Source: Dipteris shenzhenensis (Eukaryota). From it: a stretch of 64,000 nt of DNA. A model generated the notes under the pieces. That model did not search any database. It saw nothing but the letters and a program-made list of their open reading frames with translations, and was not told the origin of the DNA. The position numbers were made by a program, and so were the translations under genes. The first letter of the stretch is position 1. The number at the start of each line of letters is the position of its first letter. The stretch lies in assembly GCA_047967505.1 (NCBI GenBank), contig CM106538.1. One strand, written 5' to 3'. Below, piece by piece: positions 1 through 13,304 of the stretch.

Positions 1-2100
1 TAAGGATTCTAGAAAATTTGGGCTCACTTTTCTCATTCAAATTCTTAGCCCGACACATGCTCTTGCCTCTTCAACTCTCATCACCTCCAAGTCCCATAGC
101 CTTCAACTACTAGATCGAATGGCTTCCACCCAATCAAAGATAAGGGGCATTGATAAGGGTGAAGGGCCACTACTAAAATATGAATGCTGAAAAGCTAAAA
201 GATCCAGAGATTAACCTAGCACTAGTAGCTATCAATTGGCTTCATCTCATGACCCTCAACTACTTCTTTGAGCTCCCATGGAATGCAACCTTCAACCACA
301 AAGTGAAAATTGAAGCAATCAACTTATATTATGAACATAATCCACACATAGGGTAAGTAGGTGATGATCAATAATGCGAAAGTCGCATCAATCTTTAAGG
401 TGCCCAATGAGCATGACCCCTTGGCAATCGAATGTGACCTACTATTCAATAATAATGCATGGATGCTAGCGTAAGGACATGTTATGAACAAAAATAAGGA
501 TTCTTTTGATTTCTCTCAATGCGAATCCAACTAAAGACCGTGGACACTAACATGCCGAGGATGTTAGTGTAAACAATACTCAAAGTGGTAAATAGAGAAA
601 CTGTATAATAGGCCAAGCTTATGGTGACACAAATTAATGACCAAATGATGTAGATAAAGATAGGGAAGTAATGAGCAGATTGGGTTGGGACACATATGTG
701 CCTCCTTACATGGAGGGATGATGAAACCCCAAGCCAATGACCTGAAGATGAATGTACTAGAGGGTTTGTTTTATAAATCCCTTGATCAAACCCCAAGAGA
801 TCAAAGCCTCTAGCCAAACTAGTAGAGCAAGGCCAACAACAATGTAAGGGACAAGAAGCTCCAAGACTCTCTTAGCGATCTCGTCAATCATAGCTTAAAG
901 ACAAAGGCAAGGACCCACTAGCTATCAATGTGATGAATGCGCCATTGAAGCAACTGGAGCAAGGCCATCCAAAGCCACTATCAGCCTCTACATCTACGGA
1001 TCTGACCCAACAAATGAAACAAACAAAGAAAATGAATTATTTGATGCTTTTTCATTGCTCAACAATTGGTCTAAATCTAGATCATAGTAGATTAGATCAT
1101 CCTAAGAGGAGAGAACTCCAAAGAAGCGACTCGAAGCCATGCCCTAAAATTTCCAAATAGTCCCTACTCGAAGTCAGCCCTTCGCTCACATGCAGTTTCA
1201 CACCATTATATTCCATCATTACATTTCTTGAAACCCAACTACGATCATTTCGATGAGCAGAATTCAAAGTGTTTAGAGGCATTGGCCAATTGATCACAGT
1301 GGGCATATTGCACATGGTTTGAGTTTACACATATGCCATCATTGTAAAGCCTATCGGCTATTTTTCTAGCATTGTGCACTCAAATTGAGCCTTGTAAAGC
1401 CTCTTGGCTATTCCCGGCATCTTTTTCTACAAGCCTTGTAACAACAGTTTCCCACTCCATAGTCTTCGTGATTTCTATGTGGGAGGTGATGTCATCAATC
1501 TTCTCTATATCTACGGTCACTAGGATACCTTTAAAAGATAAAGCATGACTCAATTCAACATCAAGGTGTTATGGGGTCGAGAATACTTGTCAATTTGGTT
1601 TGAAAGAATTTTGAGTCTCTTGGCATAATGTACCCTAGTGACTTGTTTGTTCTAATTTTGTTATGGTATATAACTTTTGCAATAATTGTTGTCTTATTAG
1701 CTCAAGGCCCTCAAGAAATGAATTTTTGAGGGCATCCCATTCAATAAATCTTTTTGTCGTGAGATAAGGACACCTTGATTGTCCCATTATGTTGAGGAAA
1801 ATTCACCATATTACAAATATTATGAGCTTCTAGAGGTAAATTCACCATATTATAAGTATGATTAGCTTCTTGCTTGAATTTCTTTGTTTCGTAGAACTAC
1901 AAACTTAGTTGTAGGAATTCTTATCATTCTCACTCTTTGATCGCATTATTTCAAACATTCCATTCTAGTCAATATTTGTAGGGTTGGTAGTCATATGCTT
2001 CGAGGGTGAAACTTTTCCATCAACTTTCATTCCGTCTTTGGTGCCTCAAAAATTTTGCAAATTTTTTTCCTTAGGAGGCTTGCTAAGAAGTGTTGGTGGC

Positions 2101-2330
2101 AGTAAACCACCTCTTAGATTCTAGCTCTAACAAGAAAGGACCATTGTGTATGCACAAAGATCTAGAAGGATATAACATCATCAACCAATGAAACTTTAGA
2201 ACTAGAAAGAATAAATAACACAAATCCTTTACCCTAAAACTTCCTCTTTATTCATGAAAAGAGAGCACATATCTCATTGCTATAAAAAGTGTTTTCTCTT
2301 GGATATACCTGCCATAAACTATGCCAAAAT
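2101..2330. repeat. Dispersed repeat (probable LTR fragment), inverted homolog of about 10890-11145
   Basis: GTAAACCACC.CTTAGATTCTAG.TCTAA and CCTCTTTATTCATGA.AA.AGAGCA...CTATAAA.A.TG.TTTCTCT occur here and on the reverse strand at about 10890-11145. Confidence 0.6.
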
Positions 2331-2492
2331 GTACCATACAAAACTCAACTTACCCATAACAAAACCATTTTCCATCCTTGATGATCCCACCATGAAACCA
2401 ATAATTTCTCTTGAAAGGAAAAAGTGCAACATATAAATACTAAAATAAAAGGCCTTACCTATCCTATTATGATACCAATGGAACATCTGGTA

Positions 2493-3197
2493 TGTAGTCC
2501 TCATTTAACTTTTTTGACTTCACCCTGAAAAATGCAAATGGTAATGGTGTGTTGTGGCCATGTTTTGATGCATCTACCTTTGTAAGGGCTGTCGAGATGG
2601 TGGGTGTGCTACTATCAAGAATTTCCATCTCCATCTCTCCAACTTCCACGCTTATGTCCTAAATCTCATCCTTTGTAACTTTCATATGAGTATCTCTTGC
2701 AAATCACAATGGCCTCTTCTTGATTAAAAATAGTGTTAAAGGTACAAAATGGCATCTTGATCTATGTGGAGGCAAATATGTGAGTCTATGTAGAGTTGAT
2801 AATAGTGCACCAAATTAGAATGAGGACTACATTTGGCAGGTAGTCCTCATTTAGCATGTAGTTGAATAATCCAAATGAGGACTAGATCTAGCATGCCATT
2901 TAAGTTATTGGACCTCACCCTTAAAAAAGAAGATGCTATGATGCAACATCTGGGGTTATAAGGTCCATCAAGATGGTGGACATGCTACTGTCATAATTGC
3001 CATCTCAATCCCTCCAACTTCCACAAGTGTGACTGCTTATGTCCCTAGTCTTACCTTCTTCAACTTCCACATGAGTCTTTTTTGCAAATATCAATTCCTC
3101 TCTTCTATTGTACCTTATATTGAAGGAACCAAATGACATCTTGGTCTATGTGGAGGCGAATTTTTGAGTCTATGTAGAAGCTTATGATAGTGTGCCT
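2493..3197. repeat. Diverged tandem duplication of about 350 bp (2493-2811 and 2838-3197)
   Basis: Collinear shared blocks GTAGTCCTCATTTA, AGATGGTGG, CTCCAACTTCCAC, CATCTTG.TCTATGTGGAGGC and TGAGTCTATGTAGA. Confidence 0.75.
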
Positions 3198-5624
3198 TAC
3201 TTTGCTCTAAACTTTACAAATAATAATACTCTTTAAACAAACAAGATTACTCTTTAAACAAAGATTCTAAACACCAATCACAGAGCTCTTTCCCATCACA
3301 CTTTTCTCACAAAGTAAAAATGAAAATACTCCCTCTAAAACTATTCTACTCCCTAGTGCCTAAAATCATTGAGGTGCAAAATAGCTTTAGGCCTACTACT
3401 TACAAATAAAACATTCATACAAATGAATTATGGTAATCAAATCATACATAACAAAAAGAAACCCTAAACTTTATCAAACCACCCATTTAGGTCACCCTAT
3501 CCTAACAAAACAAAAGTAAATCCAAAGAAGGAAAGAAAGTATAAACATTAAAAAGCATTAAATTTCAAAACAGATTAAAAGTAGATATAGAAAATTTTGA
3601 GATAAAGATGACTCAATGCCCAAAGAGAAAGATTTCAAAGGCTAAATCCCTTTACTATAAAGAAGGAGAAATCAAAAGAAGAAAATACCATGAAATTGGT
3701 GCTAGTAATTCAGCTTTGGAGGGAATGAAATGTTGAGATAATCATTTTGGTCTTTTGAAAACTTGAAAATTAATGGTGATATTCAAACAATTGCTTTCAA
3801 TGAAATGGAATAACGTTAGAGAACATGAAATATGATCTCAAACTCACCCTAGGTGTAAAGCCTTGGAAGCTCCTCTTATAGTGAGGGCGTCTCAAGAATA
3901 CCCCACACACTAGGGGGCAATGGCAGCATTCACACAAATGGATCTTCTCAAAGGCCCCCCTCACGGGGAAGGGTTCCCCCTTGACTCAGGAGCCTCCATA
4001 GGGTCTAGCAGAGATTAGCAAGGGGCCTCATTCGTGCTCGGACCCAATGCAGAGAGGAGTTCAAGCGTCAACCCCTTATTTGGCACCTGGCGATTAGGGA
4101 TCAGGATGGACATATACTCGAGCAACGGACTCACATTGTTTGGTCATAGTGGGACAGTGGACTGGCTGGTTCCATTGGCAAATGGAGTAGATTACCCATG
4201 AAGGAAGAGGCGATGCTTGGCACCTTAGCGCATTTACGAGGGGCAAGGTAGCGGATGAGAGAGATTGACCTAGCCATCCCTGAGTCCTTGTGGGAGGTAC
4301 TTTGTGTGTGGATGGACAGCAAATGATTGGTTAATTTTCTCAAACCGAGGTCCCCTTGAGGATGATGATGCACCAAGGCAGCACGCAGCCTCATTTTTTT
4401 CATGTAGGACCTAGAGGCCTACTCTAGGCACTCAGTCAGAGAGACCCAGAGATGGATGGGAGTCTGGATGGGATTCATTGGTAGATGATTAGAGTGGTGG
4501 GACGTTTGGGGAGGGAGTGGCACATTGATCCTCCTAGTATCCCAAAGCAGGATGCCCCCAGATGGCACCTCTAGCTTTGGGAGGGTAGGCCCTTGAGGGA
4601 GTTCCAGTGGGATCTGGGAAAGTGGTTTTGGCCCTCCAGGGGCGACCTTGTCGAGCAGGTGGATGCAATGCCCTTCTTTTCCTACACCATATGGATTGGT
4701 AGCAAGCTTCAGATGGACTCTTCAATTTGGACCCCTCAGAGGGAGAGGCATTGGGTGGACTAGAAAGTGGCCTAGGAGGTTCGTTCTAGGTATTGGATGC
4801 AGTTATGGTCTAGTGTGTCGCCTAGGAAGATCTCCTACTTATTCTAGCTGGAAGCCCATGGAGGCTTGCCCATCAGCCCATGGTTGGAGCAAATGCGGGT
4901 GGAGGGGTAGTGTCATTGTTGCTCTGCTAGTTTTCTGGAGATAACCCCTCACTCCCTCTGGAGCTATTGTAGCACAACCAAGATTTGGATGGGAGCCCTC
5001 AAGATTATGACTCGTATGCAAAGCCTTCAGAGGGACTACACATGGGGGATGGTGGCCTGGTTGACTGAGGAAGGAGACACATTCTAGGTTGATGAAAGCA
5101 TTCAGAGGATAGAGCTCCATGAGGTGGTCCCTCTTGATAGCCTCGTTCCTCATTCTCCTCCAGAGGACAGCGTATGGGAGGTAGTAGCCAGTATCACAGC
5201 GTAGAACATTTGGGTTGCTCGCTATAGTCTGGTGATGGGTGAGCATTCGGTTCCACCCTCAGCTACCTTGGTCGCCATCTCGCAGGATATCATCTACATC
5301 CTCCGCTCCACTTGGGGGCATGGGACCCCAAGTTCTAGGGCGACTGTCGCGAGGCATGCTCGATTCTACAAGGCTTGGCCTGCAGGAATTTTTTACATAT
5401 TCACTCTATGATGGACTCGCTGGTTGTATAGTCCTCCCACCTTCTTGTTAGCACTTTGTACCAGAGATCCCCTAGGTAGTGAGCTAGGTTTCTATGGAAC
5501 AGGTTGGTTTTATCTTCTTTCATCCATTTTCTAGTTTTTCCATACTCAGCACCTTCGGGGCTGCTGTTTTGTATGAAGTCTTTCATGCATTAATAGAAGG
5601 TTGCTTTCTTTGGGAAAAAAAAAG

Positions 5625-7890
5625 AGAGATTGTTTGAGCTTCAATTCAAGGAAGCAGTCTCCATTGCTTCTCACTTGAATGAATTCAATATTATTTTTAG
5701 CCAGGCTCAAAAGCTGAATTTTGACACAGAGACAAACGCAATATTCCTATTATGTTCATTGCCATCATCCTCATGGGATACCTTCCGTATAGCTGTCAAT
5801 AATCTACAGCGGGTGGAGTACTGAAGTTTGACGATGTTGTGGGTAGCTTGTTGGCCGAGGAGATTAGACGAAAGTGTATGGATGGCAACAAGAAGGATGT
5901 AGTCTTAAATGTGCAAAGGGGTAGATCATAGTTTAGGGGAAGTCGCAAGAAAGAGGGAAGTCTCGTAGCAAATCTAGGGCACGGAACATTGAGTGTTACC
6001 ATTGTGGCAAGAAGGGCCACATGAAAAAGGATTGCTACAAGCTAAAAAGAGAGCAAAAGGATAAGAAAAGAATGCAAATTGGGGTACAAATAAGAAGTAA
6101 GAGAGTCCCAGTGAGGACAAAGGAAAAGTGAAGATCGAGGAGATCAATGCAGTCACTAATGATAGTGACAATGACATTCTCTTCATGTCCAGTCTACCTG
6201 CAGAGTTGCTTACCAGTTCAGATGATGCATATTCCTAGGATTGGATTTTGGATTCTAGTGCTTCATTCCATGTTGCACCCCATAGGGAATGGTTCTACAC
6301 TTATGATAGTGGAAAGACAGGTTGTGTGCATCTTGGAAATAACTATGCATGTGACATAGTGGGAGCATGCGACATAATGTTTTCTTTTGCAAATGGGTCC
6401 GCATTTGTTTTGAAAAATGTGAGACATATGCTTAAGCTAAGCAAGAGTCTCATTTCAGTGGGCCGGCTAGATGATGCTGGTTTTCAGTCCACGTTTAGCT
6501 CACCTTTGGCTTTCAAAGTTGGAAAATTCAAAAGGGCTCTATGGTTTTGGCAAGGGGTGCTTAGTGTGGGAGATTGTATCCCTTACATGTATCAAGGGTG
6601 TCTGATCATGTTGTTGCAATAACCGAACATCCAAGTACTTCTTTGTGGCATTGCCCCATGAGCCATAATGGAATGAAACTCTTATGCCGTATGGGTTATG
6701 TACCACATTTGAGTTTTTTTTTATTTTGAATTTTGTGAGCATTGTCTCTATGGGAAGAAGACTAAATCAGCCCATAAAAGAAGGGGAAAGAAAGAGCTTG
6801 AAAGGCTTTGATTTGGTGCATTCAGATGTATGTGGTCCCATGCCTACACGGTCATTAGGCGGGGCTGAATACTATGTGACATTTGATGATGCAACTAGGA
6901 AAGTGTGGGCTTATGCTATAGCTCAGAAGAGCAATGTGTTCCAGGTATTTTAGAAATGGTTGGCTTTGGTTGAAAATCAGTCAGGTAAAACGCTTAAATG
7001 CCTACGAACTAAGAATGGTAGAGAGTATCTCTCTCATGACTTTCAGCATTTCTGTGATACATGTGGGATCAAGAGGGAGCTCACGTCCCCTCGTACTCCA
7101 TACCAAAATCCAGTTGCGGAACAAATGAGCCGCACCATTCAGACAAGGTTGCAATGTATGCTTTCCAAAGCAAATCTTCTGGTGGTTTTTGGGCTGAGGC
7201 ACTGAAGACTGCAGTGCATGTGATCAGTAGATCACCTAGTAAGAGTTTGGATGGTGGTATTCCTTAAGAGGCATGGAGTGGCAAGAAGCCCTCTTGCTCT
7301 CATTTGCGTATATTTGGGTGTGAGGCATATGCACATGAGCTTTGGAAGAAGCTAGATCCGAAGTCTAGGAAATGCATCTTTTTGGGTTATGGTGAAAGTG
7401 GAGAGATGGGTCATCGTCTCTGGGATTCAGAAGAAAAGAAGATCATACAAAGCCATGATGTGGTCTTCAATGAGAAGAAGATGCATAAGACACCCATGAG
7501 GGATGTGAAAATGAAGAGAATCACTTTCTAGGATGTGAATCGACTTGCATATGTTGATAGACAACAAGCTGCCCATGCACCGAATGTGCAAGAAATGGTG
7601 CCATCTGGTACTCCCATAGGTACACAATTAAGGGCAGATGATGGATCATCTATTGCTGGAAATGATGACCAAATGTGGCTAATATGCAGGTGGGACAACA
7701 AGCTGAAATTCCCTTGAGAAGATCAACTAGAGTGTCTAGACCGCCTGAGAGATTTGTTTGAGGGGCAGACTATGTGATGCTTACTAATTGCGAGGAGCCT
7801 TCTTGCTATAGGGAGGCTATGATGTGCGAGGATCAGCGCAAGTGGGAGTATGCTATGCAATCAAAGATGAATTCACTCATGAAAAATAAG
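5625..7890 (+). mobile_element. Ty1/Copia LTR retrotransposon internal remnant (gag, zinc knuckle, protease, integrase), with stops and frameshifts, truncated at the start of RT
   Basis: Gag SIASHLNEFN/IFLLCSLPSSSWD; CCHC knuckle CYHCGKKGHMKKDC (about 5994-6035); protease WILDSSASFH; integrase DLVHSDVCGPM...YYVTFDDATRKVW, TPYQNPVAE and [24 protein letters not shown]...WEYAMQSKMNSL. Protease-integrase-RT order is Copia. Confidence 0.93.
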
Positions 7891-8806
7891 TATATACACT
7901 ATCTACTTCATCCCAATGATAACCAAAACTTTTTGCATCCTTGTCTTGCCAATCCAACACCTCAGTGTCATCTTCATCTTTATAGTTGAGAATCTCCTTC
8001 TTTGGAGTAATGGAAGTAGGGGAAGGAGCCTTATCCTCATTGACCACCACCTTCTATAGCTTCTTTGCTATGAACGAAGTCTTTACCTTGAACTTCCACC
8101 AAGGATAGTTTGTTCCACTAGTCTTGCTTGCTTCTATGATGTTCATACTTGCAAGAGATGATGTCAGAGCTACCACAAAATACCCTACACTCCACATAAA
8201 GCTCCAAGATAGAGAAAAGAGGAAAGAGGGGCTAGCTTTGCGAAACTAGTTGGACTGAGTGCTGGACTAAGTGCTACATGAACACTCTTGGCTCTAATAC
8301 CATGTAGAAAAATAGAAAGAAAGACTTTCACAAGATAGAATGTTCACACACCATTCAATACACAAGTTCAACTCAACAATTGACTCTTAAAGCACATTGT
8401 GAACTGTACTACATATGGATTGTAGCAACAAATTGCAGCACCAAAATAGTGAAGCTATAAACAATGATTTACTATAGGGTTCCCACAAAGTGGTAAAATA
8501 TTGTAGCACCAAAACTCCTACTCCACACACCTTAGGGAGAGGTCTCAATAGGCAGAGTTAGGTAAAAGCAAAAGAGGATAAGCATTGGAACTGGGGGGAG
8601 AAGTCATAGGAGAGGCTTCAATGGAGCAATATTTATAGGGCTTGGAAGAGCCCCTAAAGCACATGACTAACCCTATTCTGAGCTGAGGGCTTGGATAACT
8701 TATTCAACCAAACAAAGACAACCAACTAGTCTATTGGTGGCCAATTGGCTCATTAGCCTATACAAGGCATGCTTTCCCTCACAATGGGGCTTGTTGTTTA
8801 GCAACC
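7890..8806 (-). mobile_element. Copia 5' end: LTR (8806-8303), tRNA-Met PBS (8302-8291) and decayed gag start
   Basis: On the minus strand the LTR ends in CTACA and is followed by TGGTATTAGAGC, then MNIIEASKTSGTNYPWWKFKVK (Copia gag N-terminus). The LTR contains CCTATAAATA and is homologous to 9643-10322. Confidence 0.8.
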
Positions 8807-9279
8807 TCCAACAACTATTATTGTGCGAGGCAAAGTGGGTGCTAGTTTTAGTATTAGAGAAATTGCCAGTTCTAGTGTTGTGACAGTCTGGTCTGGTATC
8901 TTTACCAAAATATTCTTGTAAAGAGCAAGAATATTACATTAAGCAGCACATGCTCAAGGAAATAGAAAAGGCTCTTTCACTACTTGCACCTTCTTAAGTT
9001 GGCATTTAAAAAGGTGCCCAAAAATTGGTAAAAGTAAAAAATCTCCCAAGGAATAATAGACCTTGAAGCCTTCCACCACAGATTTAACAAAAATTGAGCA
9101 CAAAACTGCTCATTGTAGAGCGGACGTCCCATCTTTTGCTAAAGAATGATAATGAACACTCCAAACAGTCACATCCCTAAGAAAAATATTAAAAGAATTA
9201 AAATCGCTAGGGACCCTTAGATTCAAAGATACACTAACTCAAATTGGTGGGGAGATGTCAATTTGTGAGAATCTACTAC

Positions 9280-10322
9280 ATGATACTATTTTTGCTTGGA
9301 TCAAAACTCATTTCTTGGTAGTTAAGCAAGAACCAATAGCAAGGTTATCTTCTTGCAAGGTTGTTTGGCTCTAGTCAATTGTTGGTAAGCTTGGGGCACA
9401 CACAAGATGATCCTTCATTGATCCAGTGTGATGGCAAGAGTTGCATTGCTATAGCTCACAATCCATTGTTCCATGAACGCATAAACGATATTGAGATGGA
9501 CTTAGGATGGCATGGTGGAGCTTATTCATTGTTAATCGAAGGAGAATGTGGCTGATCTTCTTAAGTAGGCACTTTTTCAAGAGAGGCTTGAGTAGCTTCT
9601 TCTGCGTGTGGGTATAGTCCCACAACCAAGCACTGAGAGGGGTATTGAAAACAACAATGCTTGCTTGTGAGTCTCAAGAGAGGAGATTAGGCTTGCTTGG
9701 GAAATTCTATATTGGTGTTATTATGTTCTGTTTTGGGATAGGCACTAGGGCTACAAAGAGATCCTTATTAGGATTAGTTTTCAAGGCTATTAGCCCAAAT
9801 TCAGTTGCAATAGTAGATCTTGGAAGCTATAGTATAACAGCCCCCACTGTGACGGAAACTAACCCAGCAGTAGGCCTTTCATAGGCAAGTGAGCAGTCGG
9901 CTAGCAATAGACTAGTTGGTCATCTTTTGGTTGGCTAAATAGGTTGGCCAAACCCCAAGTAGGGTCAGCCTTGAACTAGTCTAGTTGGCCAACTAAGGGG
10001 TTGTTCTAGCCCCTATAAATAATTCTCCACGCTTGCCTCTTCTGCCACTTCTCCCCCCCACTTCCAATGCCTATCCCCTTTGTTCTTGCCTGCCTCTACC
10101 TATTAAGACCTCTCATTGAGGTGTGTGGAGTAAGAGTTCTAGTGTAGTAGTGTTTCCTCCACTTTGTCGGAACCCTATAGAGGATCATTTTATACCAGCT
10201 CACTATTTTTGGGATGCAATATGTATAGAGTTCACTTTACTTTGTGGTTTTGAGGTTGAACTTGGTTGTACATGGTGCATGAAATTCTATCCAAGGCAAG
10301 CCTTTCTCTCATTTTTCCTACA
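9280..10322 (+). mobile_element. Copia 3' end: RNase H remnant, polypurine tract and 3' LTR (9643-10322)
   Basis: IQCDGKSCIAIAHNPLFHERINDIE matches Copia RNase H CDNQSAI..NPVFHERTKHIE; GAGAGGGG lies just before the LTR; TATA box CCTATAAAT at about 10012; the LTR ends in CCTACA. Confidence 0.82.
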
Positions 10323-13304
10323 TAACTCCCCTAACACCTTTTGATGCTTTTTCATTTGATTTATCTTTTAGTATGTCTACTTGGGCTGATTATTGATCCC
10401 ATTCTATTCTTTGGCTTTAGACTTAATATTCATAGAAACATCCAAGCTCCCACTTTAACACTCTTCAACTCAAAGGAATCAATGAAAGTTTGGGCTTTTG
10501 ATGGCCGCATACTACTTTGCCAATAAGGGGTTCATACTTCATTACATCCAATCCACTGAAAGTACCAAAAGTGTTGATAGCATAGTCAACACTTACATCT
10601 TTATACCCACCTAAAAACACTGGGAGTGGTAAAAGCGTCATTAATTCAAAAGGAGATAACCCTCATAATTGCCAAAGGGGTAAAAGCATCAATAATTTTG
10701 ATGGACATAACTCTTAATCGCCAAAGGGGTACAAATCTGCATAATTGCCACAGGGGGAAAATCTGCATAAGCATTCTTTAGATATGAAATGTTTTAACAA
10801 AGTTTAGTCGGAGAAATAGAGTAGCATCTTCAACCATTAGAATGCATAGAAAAAAGGCCGTGTTGTCTCTATACTTGGAAGCAAAACAATGCAATAAGCA
10901 TTTTGTGTGCAGTGAGTCTATGTATGAGAGAAAGCATTGTTTATAGTAGAGAGCTCTATGCTCTGTTCTCATGAATAAAGAGGCAGCTTATGGTGTACAT
11001 ACTTTGTGTTATTTCTTGTTCCTCGTTTTGAAGTATGTGATTTTCTATCATGATGTTGATGATGTTAGAAATATTATTTTAGTTCTTGGTGTGTACGCAA
11101 TCATTCTTCCTCATTAGAACTAGAATCTAAGTGGTGGTTTACCATCCTCATTAGAACTATAATTGATGATTTACCACCAATAAACCTACCCTCAATTATG
11201 ATCCTAGACACACACTAGAGCTATGCTAGCATAATCGTGGAAAGTAATTTTAGGTATTAAATTTATGTCACGTATGGGATCGAGATTGTCTGATTAATGC
11301 CAACTCCAAGTGCCAATTGACCCCAACACTTGGTCCTGTGCACAATTGTTTGAGGATTCTTAATGAATCTCAAATGAAATTTTGTATCTCCTTAAGCAAA
11401 GAACGATGGCATAGCACCACCAACTTTGGACCACTAAAGCAAAACATTGACATAGTTTCGCCGACCTAATTAATAAGCTTTGTGCTTTAGATGAGTAAAG
11501 ATCTTTGTTAAACATAAGCATAGAATTCATGGAATACCCACTTAAACTTTGTTAAGTGATAATAATTCAAAGACGACATGTTTGTGGCACCACTTTGGAT
11601 GGAGCTGTCACTATAGCTTTCAATTATGAGGAGGTTAGATTCAAGTGTAGCAATTTACACCTCACTTTGCAAGTGATTTCAAAGAAACCAATATCAATGA
11701 AAACATGTAAAGAAGATCGTTAGGAAGTAGCCAAGCGCCTAGGTTAGGACAATAACAACATAGCATGTAAGCATCCAGCTATCAAAATAACAAAGAAGTT
11801 GCAGTTAAAATAACATGAGCATGGATAAAGTCTTACTTTTTGAGTGAAGGAGAGAAAAAATGAGGCTTCTGCTTTAGATGCCTTCAACCTCATTGATCAA
11901 AATATTGGCCAAAGAAAAAAGACCTTCACTTGGTTGAGATAGTATTATAGATACTAATAGGAAAGTTAGCCTTGGTGCAAATGAGTTACAAACTAGTCAA
12001 CATGAACTTCATTGAGCTTGAACTCTATCCAACTCGTATGCTTATGTGAAGAAGAAGGTAGAAGATGCACTTCATTGAGATAGAAGTATACAAAATGAAA
12101 GGCCAAGTGGCCAATCATAATGTACTTGTGTTGTTGACCTAGAGCTAACACAAATGTTGTTAATTCTAAGCTAGCAAAAAGCTGATGTAATGTATACAAC
12201 TATGATAGTAGATGCAAGTTTAACAATCTATGGGATGACAGGGTTACAACATTGGAAATTTAGATTCTAGAATATGCAAAAAAGCAAAATTTGAGTGACC
12301 AAACTAGGTCATTCAACTCTTGGAAGGGTGTGGCATTTTAAGGAAAAGCCTATCATTAATTGGAAAATCACATCTACTAGTTCAAATATTATGTGAAAAG
12401 AATCTTCCATTCAGACCTTGATCTCGTCTAGAAAGGGATCTTCCTTCCTTAGGGCCCTTTAAGGTTTTTTATCACGTGTAGAAAATCATAAAACTTGAAA
12501 CCTTTCCTAGAATCCTTAGACTGTATGTGCAGAAGGTCATGAAACTTGAGGTAAGTTTTTCTACATTTGTAGCCTGCCCATAGAACCATTAGAGGATGCA
12601 TTGTCCAACGGTAGATAACAAATTCAACAACCTGTCAACAGCTTGCTGCCAAAAGATATTGAGGCTCCCATCCCTTGCTGTCGTTTGGAGCTTTGCCAAC
12701 ATGGGTGCTTACACATTCACGCATGTCCCTACATTATCTAGATAAGAACATCGCCATTCTTAGTCAAGAACACAACACAAAATGCCTCGGAGAGGTCAAA
12801 CAGTAGTGGAGATCGGGCTCCAAATCTCTCCCCAAAGAAAATGAGATACGTTTTTTACATTGTCAACAAATGGAAGCCTTATGAGAATACCATTAGCCAA
12901 CAATGAGGAGAAGACAAGTACCTTCATCTACAAACAGTCCAGAAAACTCGAAAGGTGATCTGTTCTTTTAAAAGGAAAACATTTAAAATATCTAAAGGAG
13001 ACGAGTTGGGAGAGCTCAGAAGGCTGAATAGCAAACACGCAACTTCTTGCATGTTTGGGACAAATAAGACATCGATTAGAGCAATTTCTTTGTGACACTG
13101 TGCACTCCAGGGTAACACTCCAATCCTTGTGCGAAGTGCCTCCCTTTTTTCTGAAGCACTAGTCACCTTTACAAACCTCCCCCAATTGCCAACAGGCTAC
13201 CACCATTCTAGCAAAGCACTTGGGAGAGAGAGTCTCTCGGAAGTTGAGAGCTCCTTCGCTTCATCAGAACTTCCAAATGCAAGAGCTACTGTCATTTGAA
13301 TCAG

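Noticed and set aside
3840-5590. GC-richer block with ORFs of 60-135 aa
   Set aside because: Probably decayed retroelement sequence, but no diagnostic motif could be confirmed.
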